From Bacteroidaceae bacterium (GTDB lineage: Bacteria; Bacteroidota; Bacteroidia; Bacteroidales; Bacteroidaceae), in assembly GCA_017429945.1 (NCBI GenBank), contig JAFRNY010000054.1:28451-92450 (forward strand): a stretch of DNA of 64,000 bases, written 5' to 3'. Made by a program: the position numbers and the translations under genes. Shown here in pieces: positions 16,663 to 26,295 of the stretch (positions within the stretch are counted from its first letter, which is position 1; each line of letters begins with the position of its first letter). The notes below the pieces were generated by a model. It was not told the DNA's origin, made no database searches, and saw only the letters and a list, made by a program, of their open reading frames with translations.

Positions 16663-18087
16663 TCAGTGGTAGGAGCTGTAAACGACTTGCATATCTATGG
16701 GTTCACTGCCGCCCTTAAGCTTGATGCTTGAGAGGCTGAAGTCGTGGGTGACGGACGTCTGACGTGCAACGTTGGTAAGTGGATCAGTGTATGTTGAAAC
16801 GACCACAGGCACAACGACCACCTTATTCCAGTCGGGGTATTTTGCAGCATACTGCTCAGCAGTGAGGCCCTCGGCCTGCATCGTAGCCTGCTTAAGGCGA
16901 TAGAGGCGCGAGAGCAGGCGCGAGATGTTGTCGAAAGTGTAGGTGTTGTAGGAACTGGAGAAGGATGTAGTGAAAGACGTCAGGCCGTCAGCCACCTTAT
17001 GGTTCTTGAAGAAATCACCGAGCTCGGCCTTGGGCAGCATAAGCAGCTGCTGCGGAGTCCCGAGCGCGTAGTCCGACTGCGTCGAACTATTATACTTAGA
17101 AAGGATGACGCGAGCGCGCGTGACGCTGTCCGTCTCATGGCCTTCGAAAATCTGATCAACTGGCAGTGTGAGCTCAGTAGCAAGGGCTGCCGGGGTTTTG
17201 AGGTAGGTGAAGGGCTGCGGCTGGCCGCCAATCAAATCGGCCAGTCCAGCGTTGTGGAACGACGAACTCTGGATCACCTCCGGCGTAGCCGAGAAACGCG
17301 AGATTCCCACATAGGTGGAGTCGTTAGAAACATAGCGGAAATAGACATTGAGGGCCGAGACGTCGAGCGTCAGCATCGAACCCATGCCACTCTGGATATT
17401 GAAATAGAATCCTGGGCAAACGTTATGTATGAACTGCCACGAGTCGGCAAAATATTCGGGGTGCTCTGCGGCCGTGCGGAGGATGTTGGTGCCGAAGTCC
17501 TTAGGCAGACGAATGCGAACGTTGTCGTAGTGCGTCGTGGCCGTGCGAACAGCCTCAGCCAGCATATAGTCGACTGGCGTAAAAGTCTTTGTAGCTAAGG
17601 GTTTAGCACCTTCGGCAACGTAAGCTGAGAGGTCTTCGGTAGCATAGTAGGTCTGGTCCTCACGCAGTACATTGTCACGGTCGAGTTCATAGATATTGAT
17701 TCGCATGGGGTTGCCGTCGTCGCCATAGTAGCTGCCAAAATAAAGACGGAGTTCTACGGAGTCGGCTTCGATAAGGCCGTCAGCATTCTTGACAATGGAG
17801 GCATTGTCTGGCAACTCATAATCCTCAAATGTGTAGAACTGCGCCAGGAACTCAGCCTTGACGACGGCTTCGGTCTCGGGGTCATAGACCTGTCCGAGGT
17901 AGCTCTTTGTGGTGTTAGCCACCACGGAGTCGAGCATGCAAGTGGATGAATATATCTGGAAAGTCTCGGTCGACGAACTGATGGCATCGTTGTCGATGAT
18001 GATGCCCATGGAACCAGTATTCTCGTCGCACGCAGCAAGAAGAATTGCAGTAGCTGCTACCGCAATGTTTCTGAGTTTGATAGTCAT
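16663..18087 (-). CDS. DUF4270-like lipoprotein
   Basis: Lipoprotein signal (AILLAACDEN). The size and the position next to the short glycogen-synthase-like gene recall the conserved Bacteroidales pair. The family call is from memory of synteny. Confidence 0.55.
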   Translation of the reverse strand: MTIKLRNIAVAATAILLAACDENTGSMGIIIDNDAISSSTETFQIYSSTCMLDSVVANTTKSYLGQVYDPETEAVVKAEFLAQFYTFEDYELPDNASIVKNADGLIEADSVELRLYFGSYYGDDGNPMRINIYELDRDNVLREDQTYYATEDLSAYVAEGAKPLATKTFTPVDYMLAEAVRTATTHYDNVRIRLPKDFGTNILRTAAEHPEYFADSWQFIHNVCPGFYFNIQSGMGSMLTLDVSALNVYFRYVSNDSTYVGISRFSATPEVIQSSSFHNAGLADLIGGQPQPFTYLKTPAALATELTLPVDQIFEGHETDSVTRARVILSKYNSSTQSDYALGTPQQLLMLPKAELGDFFKNHKVADGLTSFTTSFSSSYNTYTFDNISRLLSRLYRLKQATMQAEGLTAEQYAAKYPDWNKVVVVPVVVSTYTDPLTNVARQTSVTHDFSLSSIKLKGGSEPIDMQVVYSSYH

Positions 18088-18099
18088 GTGTGTCTGTTG

Positions 18100-18912
18100 T
18101 TATCCTAATTTATCGAATATTTCGTAAAGGCCTTCGAGACCGTTGGCATAGATGTCAAACGGACCGAAGGCTGGCACGCCTTTGGATGCAGCATATGCTG
18201 CCAGTTCGTCGTCAGCGGACTCTGGTGTGAAGAAGAGTGCATCGCTGTAATCGATTGCCAGGTGATAGAGGTCACGTATGCTGAGAGTCTCGGGATAAGC
18301 CTCCAGCATCTCGGGTTTGACGTTTTTGAATAGGATGTCTTTGCGAAACTGTGGGCGCGTCTTGAGCTTAAGCACATCGGGCGCCGAGGGTGTGAAGACG
18401 ACCTTGCTGTCGCGGAAAGAGAGTTCCTCACGGAAAGCCACTTTCACCAGCAGTGGCGCCACGACCGAAGCCCAGCCCTGGCAGATTACGACGTCGGGGT
18501 TCCAGCGCATCTTCTTCACCGTCTCAACAATACCGCGGGCATAAAAGACGGCGCGCTCGGCATTGTCGGAATATTCCTGCCCGGCAGCGTCGCACACCTC
18601 GAGACGCTTCATGAAGCACTCATCATTGTCGATAAAATAGACGGGCATACGGGCAGACTGTATGGAGGCCACCTTGATGATGAGCAGGTGGTCGGTGTCG
18701 TCGATGATAAGGTTCATGCCCGAGAGACGCTTCACCTCGTGAAGCTGGCAGCGGCGCTCGTTGATGGTACCCCATTTGGGCATAAAGACACGTATCTCGC
18801 TGCCTCGCTCTTGCACATACTGAGGGGCTTTACGCCCCCACAGCGACGTCTCCGTTTCATCTACAAAAGGCGTGATGGCCTGCGTTATGAAGAGAATTCT
18901 TTTCGGTGTCAT
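18100..18912 (-). CDS. short glycogen/starch-synthase-like glycosyltransferase
   Basis: MTPKRILFITQAITPFVDETE.. matches a GT5 N-terminal fold. ATG at 18912 is preferred over the listed upstream extension. A TATCTTTG -7 box lies 29 nt upstream. Confidence 0.7.
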   Translation of the reverse strand: MTPKRILFITQAITPFVDETETSLWGRKAPQYVQERGSEIRVFMPKWGTINERRCQLHEVKRLSGMNLIIDDTDHLLIIKVASIQSARMPVYFIDNDECFMKRLEVCDAAGQEYSDNAERAVFYARGIVETVKKMRWNPDVVICQGWASVVAPLLVKVAFREELSFRDSKVVFTPSAPDVLKLKTRPQFRKDILFKNVKPEMLEAYPETLSIRDLYHLAIDYSDALFFTPESADDELAAYAASKGVPAFGPFDIYANGLEGLYEIFDKLG

Positions 18913-18940
18913 AAATATGCTTTCTTTCAGTTTCTTTCTG

Positions 18941-18948
18941 CAAAGATA
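18941..18948 (-). promoter_or_regulatory. -7 box TATCTTTG for the glycogen-synthase-like gene
   Basis: TAnnTTTG, 29 nt upstream of ATG 18912. Confidence 0.5.
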
Positions 18949-19115
18949 TAGAAAAAATTCGGGATTTTTGCAAACTCTACCCCCATAAAATGATTGAAAA
19001 GCATATTTTTTGTATTTATTTTGCACTTAAACTTCGCTGTTTGACAATTATTACTTTAATTTGCAGCGCTTTTTGCACAAAGATTTTGAACAAGTGCTGA
19101 GCACATAGAAAAAGA

Positions 19116-19964
19116 ATGAAAGTAGTAACAACAATCAAAGAATTACAGGCTGAGCTCGACGCCGCACGCAGCGCCGGGCACTCCATAGGCCTCGTGCCCA
19201 CGATGGGCGCCCTGCACCGTGGTCACGCCTCATTGGTGGAACGTTCGGTAAGTGAGAACGACACCACAGTAGTAAGCATTTTTCTCAACCCGACTCAGTT
19301 CAACGACAAGAACGACCTCCAGCGCTACCCCCGCACTCTCGAGGCCGACTGCCAGCTGCTGGAGCACTGCGGAGCACAGATAGCCTTCGCGCCTTCGGTA
19401 GAGGAAATATATCCCGAGCCCGACACGCGCCACTTCTCTTACCTGCCCACCGATGCCGTCATGGAAGGCGCCCGGCGACCGGGGCACTTCAACGGCGTGT
19501 GCCAGATCGTTTCGAAGCTCTTCGCCTGGGTGCAGCCCACGCGAGCATACTTCGGAGAGAAAGACTATCAGCAGATAGCCGTCATACGCCGGATGGTGGC
19601 CGACCTCGGCTTCAAGCTTGAGATTGTGCCCTGCAGTTGCATCCGTGAGGAGGACGGCCTTGCCATGTCGAGCCGCAACACGCTGCTCACGCCTGCCGAA
19701 CGTGCCATAGCACCACGCATATATCAGGCGCTGGCGGCCAGCCGCGAGTTTGCACGCTCACACAGCGTAGCTGCCACACAACAGTACGTCGTCAGCCGCA
19801 TCAACGCCATTGACGGACTCGACGTAGAATATTTCGCAATCGTGGATGCCACGACGCTCCTCGACGTCAGCCGTTGGGACGAAGCCACAGGCGTCGTAGG
19901 CTGCATCACCGTATACTGCGGCAGCAAGCCTATCAGACTCATCGACCACATTAAATATAAATAA
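19116..19964 (+). CDS. panC: pantoate--beta-alanine ligase
   Basis: PTMGALHRGHASLV (HIGH-type) and typical PanC length and sequence. Confidence 0.93.
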   Translation: MKVVTTIKELQAELDAARSAGHSIGLVPTMGALHRGHASLVERSVSENDTTVVSIFLNPTQFNDKNDLQRYPRTLEADCQLLEHCGAQIAFAPSVEEIYPEPDTRHFSYLPTDAVMEGARRPGHFNGVCQIVSKLFAWVQPTRAYFGEKDYQQIAVIRRMVADLGFKLEIVPCSCIREEDGLAMSSRNTLLTPAERAIAPRIYQALAASREFARSHSVAATQQYVVSRINAIDGLDVEYFAIVDATTLLDVSRWDEATGVVGCITVYCGSKPIRLIDHIKYK

Positions 19965-20036
19965 GGTGCGTCCTACAAGAACAATCGCGAAGCCATCTCT
20001 TAGAGTTCACCTAAGTAATTCCAAAGTTCAAAGCAA

Positions 20037-20387
20037 ATGCTGATTGAAGTACTGAAAAGCAAAATACACTGCGCCACCGTCACCGAGGCCAACCTCCACT
20101 ACATGGGAAGCATCACCATCGATGAAGCACTCATGCAGGCGGCCGGCATCGTCGAAGGTGAGCGCGTACACATCGTCAACAACAACAATGGCGAGCGCTT
20201 CGACACCTACGTCATCACCGGCCCACGCCAGAGCGGAAGCATATGCCTCAACGGAGCTGCAGCGCGCAAAGTTCAGGTGGGCGACATCGTCATCATCATG
20301 GCATACGCCCACATGACACTCGACGAGGCACGCTCGTTCCGCCCCTCTGTAATCTTCCCCGACGAGAACAACAGCGTCGTCAGCTGA
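20037..20387 (+). CDS. panD: aspartate 1-decarboxylase
   Basis: [30 protein letters not shown] contains the self-processing G-S site; 116 aa. Confidence 0.95.
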   Translation: MLIEVLKSKIHCATVTEANLHYMGSITIDEALMQAAGIVEGERVHIVNNNNGERFDTYVITGPRQSGSICLNGAAARKVQVGDIVIIMAYAHMTLDEARSFRPSVIFPDENNSVVS

Positions 20388-20417
20388 TTTACTGCATAAG
20401 ATTGAGTAAAATAAATA

Positions 20418-20455
20418 ATCCCCGCTGCCAGACACAAGGATCTGACAGCGGGGAT
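20418..20455. terminator. hairpin between convergent panD and DUF4301-like genes
   Basis: ATCCCCGCTG(C)CAGA..TCTG(A)CAGCGGGGAT. Confidence 0.65.
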
Positions 20456-20478
20456 AATCATTCTCGATAGCCAAAGAC

Positions 20479-21996
20479 CTATTGATGCTGAGGGCGAAGG
20501 AGGTCGTTGACGGTCTTCACGGGATTGAAGGTCTCGAGAGGCACTTCCACGAAGATGGTCGACCAGTCGCTCATGGCGCCATTCCAGAGGCCAGGCAGCT
20601 CCAGCGCCTTCAGCTCGCGACCGTCCTTGCTCTTGTAGGAGATGAAGCCCGTGGCGGGATCAACATAGCGCGGCAGGTCGAAGCGCTCACCGCGGTAGTC
20701 ACGAATGGCGCACACGAGGTCTACGGGATTAAAATGGGTGCCACCCTTGAACATCGACATGTAAGCCGGGTTGTGAGTGTCAATCTGCGAGCTCTCGAGA
20801 ATCTGAGGACTCACGCTGCCGTCGGCATTGAAGGCCAGGAACGGGCCACCGCCAGGCTCGCCGACATTCTTCACCATACCGCACACGCGCATGGGACGGT
20901 TAAGCTTCGCGCGCAGAAGGTCGAGGCGCTCAGCATCGGAGAGAGTGTCGAAAGCGGGAATCTCGGTCGAAAGAGTCGTGCGCACGAACTGCTCCATCTC
21001 GGCAATCTCGGCCTGACCAAGGTTGCCTTCGTCGAGGCGGCGCAAGTAGTCGAAAGCCTGACGCTGCGTCGTCACGAGCACACCTGCGATGACTTGCTTC
21101 CAGAGCGTCGTGGCTGGCTTGAGGTCGTCGGGCACCACGTTGTCGATATTCTTAATGAAAACGACATCGCTCTCAAGGTCGGAGAGGTTCTGAATCAGAG
21201 CTCCATGACCACCAGGACGGAAGAGCAAGCGCCCGTCGGAGGTGCGGAAGGGCTCGTCGTCCATCGTAGCTGCGATGGTGTCGGTCGAGGGCTTCTGCTC
21301 ACTGAAGCTGACGTTGTATTTCACGCCGAAACGACTCTCATACTCGGGCAGGACACGTTCTACGAGTTCTTCGAAGAGCTCGCGGTGCTCAGCTGAAACG
21401 GTGAAATGGACATCGGCACGGCCTTGGCTGGTAGCATAGAGGGCAGCCTCCACCAAGTGCTCCTCGAGAGGCGTGCGGGCGCAGTCGGCATAGGCGTGGA
21501 ACTGCAACAGGCCCTTCGGCAGCTGGCCGTAGTTGAGACCATCCTCGTCGAGCATAGCGTGAACGACCGACTTGTACGAGCCCTCAGCCATCAGGTCATC
21601 GACGCCCTTGCCATAGAGCACCGTGCAGGCATCGTCAAGTGCGGGGAAGAAGGCAAAAGAGTGGATGTTGTCGAAGTAGGCACGTTCGAAATCGGTTGAA
21701 GGAGCATCGTGATCGCCATCGCGAAACTCAAACATATTCTTGAACATACGTGAGGCAGCGCCACTTGCCGGAACAAACTTGGTGATGTGGTGCCCCTCGG
21801 CCTTATAGGCATTCCAAGCCTCGACAAAAGCCTGACATTCGGCATCAGAAGGGGCTTTGATGCCTGCGCCTATGGCTGCGGCAGCGCGCAGCTTCAGGAA
21901 TGGGAATCCCTGGCGGAACTGCTGCAGCTGATGCTCAGCCTGCTCTGGCGTGATACCTTTTGCTTTCAGTTGCTTTAAATCATCGGATGTAAACAT
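20479..21996 (-). CDS. DUF4301-like protein (nucleotide-sugar pyrophosphorylase-like)
   Basis: 505 aa. The N-terminus (DLKQLKAKGITPEQAEHQLQQFRQGFPFLKL) and PASGAASRMFK motif resemble the Bacteroidota DUF4301 family. Recalled, not searched. Confidence 0.55.
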   Translation of the reverse strand: MFTSDDLKQLKAKGITPEQAEHQLQQFRQGFPFLKLRAAAAIGAGIKAPSDAECQAFVEAWNAYKAEGHHITKFVPASGAASRMFKNMFEFRDGDHDAPSTDFERAYFDNIHSFAFFPALDDACTVLYGKGVDDLMAEGSYKSVVHAMLDEDGLNYGQLPKGLLQFHAYADCARTPLEEHLVEAALYATSQGRADVHFTVSAEHRELFEELVERVLPEYESRFGVKYNVSFSEQKPSTDTIAATMDDEPFRTSDGRLLFRPGGHGALIQNLSDLESDVVFIKNIDNVVPDDLKPATTLWKQVIAGVLVTTQRQAFDYLRRLDEGNLGQAEIAEMEQFVRTTLSTEIPAFDTLSDAERLDLLRAKLNRPMRVCGMVKNVGEPGGGPFLAFNADGSVSPQILESSQIDTHNPAYMSMFKGGTHFNPVDLVCAIRDYRGERFDLPRYVDPATGFISYKSKDGRELKALELPGLWNGAMSDWSTIFVEVPLETFNPVKTVNDLLRPQHQ

Positions 21997-22136
21997 AACG
22001 ACGTGATGTTTTAATTGTGAAAATAATGTTATTTGTTCGTAATTGCGCTCAAAAATACTAAAAAATACTGAAAGGCTGTCTAGATTTGGCAGAAAATTGT
22101 TACCTTCGCAGATAATTTAATCATTCTATCGGCAAA

Positions 22137-24344
22137 ATGAGCACACAAAATATATTTTCCGACAGCGAACAGCTAACCATAGCTGAAGCAAAAACACAAT
22201 TGCAAACGCTACTCGGCAACGACTTTAAGGCAGACGAATACGAGAGCATGCGCGACAAGTACCAGAAAGCCCTGGAGGCTGGAGTGCTGACGCGCGATGC
22301 CTTCGGCTTGCATCCGCTCGTGACGGACCTGCAAACAGCAGTCATCATGTTCAACGAGATAGGAGTCTCGCGAGCTGCACTGCTAGGACTGATGCTCACG
22401 CGCCTCGCTGGCGCAGGAGTCATTCAGCAGGAAGAGGTGGCCGCACGATTTGGCTCTGACGTAGCCGCTATCGTCAACGGGCTCACCCGCATCAATGCCC
22501 TTTACGAGAAAAATCCCATCATCGAGAGCGAGAACTTCCGCCAGCTGCTGCTCTCGCTGGCTTCGGACATGCGTGTGATTCTCATCGTCATCGCCTCGCG
22601 CGTGTGCGTCATGCGTAATATTAAAGAGTCAAAGAACGACGAGGCACGCCGAAAGGTATCGAGCGAAGCAGCCTACCTCTACGCCCCGCTCGCACATAAG
22701 CTCGGGCTCTACAAGCTCAAAAGCGAGCTCGAAGACCTCTCGCTGAAATATCTCGAGCACGATGCCTACTACCATATCAAGGAGAAGCTCAACGCAACAA
22801 AGAAAAGTCGCGATGCTTACATCGAGCGATTCATTAAGCCTATAGACGAGAAACTTAAGGCTGCAGGCTTAAAGTTCCACATGAAGGGACGCACGAAGAG
22901 TATCCACAGCATCTGGCAGAAGATGAAGAAGCAGCGGTGCCCCTTCGAAGGCGTCTATGACCTCTTCGCCATTCGCATCATTCTCGACTCGCCACTCGAG
23001 CGCGAGAAGCAGGATTGCTGGCAGGTGTTCTCTATCATAACAGATATGTACCAGCCCAACCCCAAGCGCATGCGCGACTGGCTCTCAATCCCCAAGAGCA
23101 ACGGCTACGAGAGCCTGCACATCACAGTGCTCGGGCCCGAAGGGAAATGGGTGGAGGTGCAGATACGCACAGAGCGCATGGACGAGGTGGCTGAGCGCGG
23201 ACTGGCTGCACACTGGCGCTACAAGGGCGTCAAAGGCGGCGAGGCTGCCGTGGAATCGTGGCTCCAAAACATTAGAGGAGCCCTCGAGGCTGGCGACGAC
23301 CTGCAGCTCATGGACCAGTTCAAGATGGATCTCTACGAGGATGAAGTCTTTGTGTTCACGCCTCACGGCGACCTCTTCAAGCTGCCACAAGGAGCCACCG
23401 TTCTCGACTTCGCTTATGCCATTCACACCAAGATAGGTAATAAATGTACGGGCGGACGCATAGGCGGGCGTATGGTGACGCTGCGCTACGTCCTGCAGAG
23501 CGGCGACCAAGTGGAGATTATGACCCACGTCAATCAAGTGCCAAAGCAGGACTGGCTCGCCGTGGCCAAGACAGGTCGCGCACGCTCTAAAATACGTCAG
23601 GCTCTTAAAGAGATGGCCGCCAAGGACGCCGCCTTCGCCAAGGAGGAACTCGAACGCAAGGCGCGCAACCGCAAGATTGAACTTGAAGAGGCGACGCTGA
23701 TGCACACGATGACGCGCCTGGGCTATCGCATCGTCACGGATTTCTACAAGGCGCTGGCCGACGGCACTCTCGACATCAACCAAGTGCTCACAGCCTATGC
23801 TGCACAGCAGCGCCACGAGCGAGGCGAAGTGACGAATCAGATTGTCAGTGCCGACAGCTTCACGGCACCTACCAACGCTGCCGTTGCGGCCGGCAAGGGC
23901 GACGTACTCGTCATTGACAAGAACATGCGCGGCATCGACTATACACTGGCCAGATGCTGTCAACCCGTCTATGGCGACGAGGTGTTCGGATTCCTCACGG
24001 CTGGAGGAGGAATCAAGGTGCATCGCATCAACTGTCCTAACGCACCTGCCCTGCGCGAGCGCTATGGCTATCGCATCATCGACGCTCGATGGGAAGGCAA
24101 AGGCAACAGCCAGTATGGCATCACCTTGCGCATCGTAGGCCAGGACGACCTCGGCATCGTCAACAATATCACCTCTATCATCTCAAAGGACGAGAAGATT
24201 CTGCTGCGCAGCATCTCTATCGACTCGCACGACGGACTCTTCTCGGGCACTCTCACCATTATGCTCGATGACACCGCACGCCTGAAGAGCCTCATCCAGA
24301 AGCTAGAAAACGTCAGAGGCGTCAAGAACGTTGAGAGAATGTGA
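22137..24344 (+). CDS. relA: RelA/SpoT-homologue (p)ppGpp synthetase, hydrolase motifs degenerate
   Basis: Synthetase motifs are intact (GRTKSIHSIWQKM, DLFAIRIIL, YESLHITV, EVQIRT) and TGS and ACT-like regions are present. The HD-domain residues are replaced (ALLGLMLTR; IASRVCVMRN). Confidence 0.85.
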   Translation: MSTQNIFSDSEQLTIAEAKTQLQTLLGNDFKADEYESMRDKYQKALEAGVLTRDAFGLHPLVTDLQTAVIMFNEIGVSRAALLGLMLTRLAGAGVIQQEEVAARFGSDVAAIVNGLTRINALYEKNPIIESENFRQLLLSLASDMRVILIVIASRVCVMRNIKESKNDEARRKVSSEAAYLYAPLAHKLGLYKLKSELEDLSLKYLEHDAYYHIKEKLNATKKSRDAYIERFIKPIDEKLKAAGLKFHMKGRTKSIHSIWQKMKKQRCPFEGVYDLFAIRIILDSPLEREKQDCWQVFSIITDMYQPNPKRMRDWLSIPKSNGYESLHITVLGPEGKWVEVQIRTERMDEVAERGLAAHWRYKGVKGGEAAVESWLQNIRGALEAGDDLQLMDQFKMDLYEDEVFVFTPHGDLFKLPQGATVLDFAYAIHTKIGNKCTGGRIGGRMVTLRYVLQSGDQVEIMTHVNQVPKQDWLAVAKTGRARSKIRQALKEMAAKDAAFAKEELERKARNRKIELEEATLMHTMTRLGYRIVTDFYKALADGTLDINQVLTAYAAQQRHERGEVTNQIVSADSFTAPTNAAVAAGKGDVLVIDKNMRGIDYTLARCCQPVYGDEVFGFLTAGGGIKVHRINCPNAPALRERYGYRIIDARWEGKGNSQYGITLRIVGQDDLGIVNNITSIISKDEKILLRSISIDSHDGLFSGTLTIMLDDTARLKSLIQKLENVRGVKNVERM

Positions 24345-24346
24345 GG

Positions 24347-24374
24347 AAGATTGAAGAATGAAGAATGAAGAATG
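24347..24374 (+). repeat. heptamer repeat (AAGAATG) x4 just after the relA-like stop
   Basis: AAGATTG AAGAATG AAGAATG AAGAATG. Confidence 0.9.
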
Positions 24375-24420
24375 AACGTTAAAAGGTCTTAAGTTATTTC
24401 TCTATCTCAATTATTAGCTC

Positions 24421-24428
24421 TACATTTG
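24421..24428 (+). promoter_or_regulatory. -7 box TACATTTG for the MORN gene
   Basis: TAnnTTTG, 20 nt upstream of ATG 24448. Confidence 0.5.
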
Positions 24429-24447
24429 CATTACAAAGCAAAAGAAA

Positions 24448-25581
24448 ATGGCTAAAAACAGAATAAAACTCCTATACATATATATATTATTACTCCTCGC
24501 AACGGGCAATACCACAGCCCTCGCGCAGGAGATTGTTGTTGGCACCTACTCCTTCAAGGACGGAGGTGAGTACGAGGGCGAGCTCTTCAAAGGCAGACCA
24601 TGGGGCAAAGGCATCACACGCTACAAGAACGGCGATATCTACGAGGGCGAATACAACAAAGGCAAGCGCCACGGCTATGGTATCTACACTTTTGCCGATG
24701 GCGAGCGCTACGAAGGTGAATGGTTCCAAGACCAGCAGCACGGCAAGGGCGTCTTCTATTTCCGCAACAATAACCGCTACGACGGCCTTTGGTTCCGCGA
24801 CTACCAGCAGGGCAAAGGCACGATGCACTATTTCAACGGCGACAAGTATGAAGGCGACTGGGTAGAAGACAAACGCGAAGGCACGGGCATCTACACCTAC
24901 GCTAGCGGCGACTACTACAAAGGCTCGTGGCGCGCCGACCTCAAGGACGGCCAAGGAGCCTTCGTATGGTCCAACGGGGCGAGCTACAACGGAACTTGGA
25001 AAGCCGGCAAGATGAACGGCAACGGCACCTATCACTACGCCAACGGCGACGTCTATAAAGGCGCTTTCGTCAACGATTCACTCGAAGGACGCGGCATCTA
25101 CGTCTTCAACAACGGCGACAAGTACGAAGGCGGCTACCACAACAGCCAGCGCGAGGGCGAGGGCGTGTTCGTATATGCCAACGGCAATAAGTATATCGGA
25201 CAGTTCAAAAACGGACTTAAGCACGGCAGCGGGGTCTTCACCGGTACCGACGGCACCAGCTACACCGGCCAGTGGCGAGCCGACAAGAAAGAAGGCCGAG
25301 GGCGCTACGTTTGGCGCAACGGCGATGTTTACGACGGCGAATGGCGCAATGGCGTCATGGACGGCGAAGGTATCTTCCGCGGAGCCGACGGCAGCAAATT
25401 CCGCGGACAGTTCAAGGGCGGCGAGCGCCACGGCAAATGTGTCATGGAGACTGCCGACGGCATACGTTTCGAAGGCAGCTACAAGAACGGAGTGCGCGAC
25501 GGCGACTTCGTAGAAAAGGACAAAAACGGCAACGTCATCCGCCGAGGACGGTATGCCGAAGGGCGGATCGAAGAAAACTGA
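24448..25581 (+). CDS. secreted MORN-repeat protein
   Basis: Signal peptide followed by ~14 tandem 23-aa YxGxWxxGKxHGxG repeats. Confidence 0.85.
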   Translation: MAKNRIKLLYIYILLLLATGNTTALAQEIVVGTYSFKDGGEYEGELFKGRPWGKGITRYKNGDIYEGEYNKGKRHGYGIYTFADGERYEGEWFQDQQHGKGVFYFRNNNRYDGLWFRDYQQGKGTMHYFNGDKYEGDWVEDKREGTGIYTYASGDYYKGSWRADLKDGQGAFVWSNGASYNGTWKAGKMNGNGTYHYANGDVYKGAFVNDSLEGRGIYVFNNGDKYEGGYHNSQREGEGVFVYANGNKYIGQFKNGLKHGSGVFTGTDGTSYTGQWRADKKEGRGRYVWRNGDVYDGEWRNGVMDGEGIFRGADGSKFRGQFKGGERHGKCVMETADGIRFEGSYKNGVRDGDFVEKDKNGNVIRRGRYAEGRIEEN

Positions 25582-25714
25582 TCTCCACTTCATACTTACA
25601 TTTTCACGCTTTTTTTACCCTATACGTTTGATGTTCAAACGTCCATTGTTGAATAAATACAAGAGTTTCAGCCATTCTCTTGCGGTTTTATTTTGTCAGT
25701 ACAAAAAAAAAACG

Positions 25715-25722
25715 TACCTTTG
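25715..25722 (+). promoter_or_regulatory. -7 box TACCTTTG for the yhcH-like/glgB pair
   Basis: TAnnTTTG, 82 nt upstream of ATG 25804. Confidence 0.5.
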
Positions 25723-25803
25723 CCGCGCGTTTGGAATTAACAAATCGTTAACATACCAGCGCAGGCTTTAGTCAATATTCAACACATTAAAGTAAAAAGC
25801 AAA

Positions 25804-26265
25804 ATGATTATTGATAGCATAGCTGTGTTCGATCGCTATGTGGGATTGAACAAGCTCTTTAGCGTTGTTGCCGATTTTCTTCGTCGCACAGACCTCAGCA
25901 CTTTGCCGGTAGGTAAGACGACGATTCAAGGCGACGACGTTTTTATTAATATCCAAGAAGCAGCACCCAAGGCTCGGAGCGAGGCTCAGTTTGAGACGCA
26001 TCGACGTATGATTGACGTGCAAATACCCATCTCTGATTCCGAAGAGCACGGTTGGACACCTGCCGACCAGCTCCCCGAGGCCGCTTACGACGAGGCCACT
26101 GACATGACCCTCCACGGCTTTGCCGAGAGCGCCGACGGCTCGCTCGCCCACACCTACTTCACACTACGCCCCGGACAGTTCGCCATCTATTTCCAAACTG
26201 ACGGCCATGCGCCGGCAATCACCCCGACAGGCCTGCGCAAGGGCATCATCAAAGTGCGAGTATAA
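25804..26265 (+). CDS. YhcH/YjgK/YiaL (DUF386) family protein
   Basis: 153 aa; MIIDSI..L..G...I.GDDVF....E..T........E.HRR.IDVQ pattern typical of the family. Confidence 0.7.
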   Translation: MIIDSIAVFDRYVGLNKLFSVVADFLRRTDLSTLPVGKTTIQGDDVFINIQEAAPKARSEAQFETHRRMIDVQIPISDSEEHGWTPADQLPEAAYDEATDMTLHGFAESADGSLAHTYFTLRPGQFAIYFQTDGHAPAITPTGLRKGIIKVRV

Positions 26266-26295
26266 CTAACTTGGAAGTTTTAAATCAATATATCC

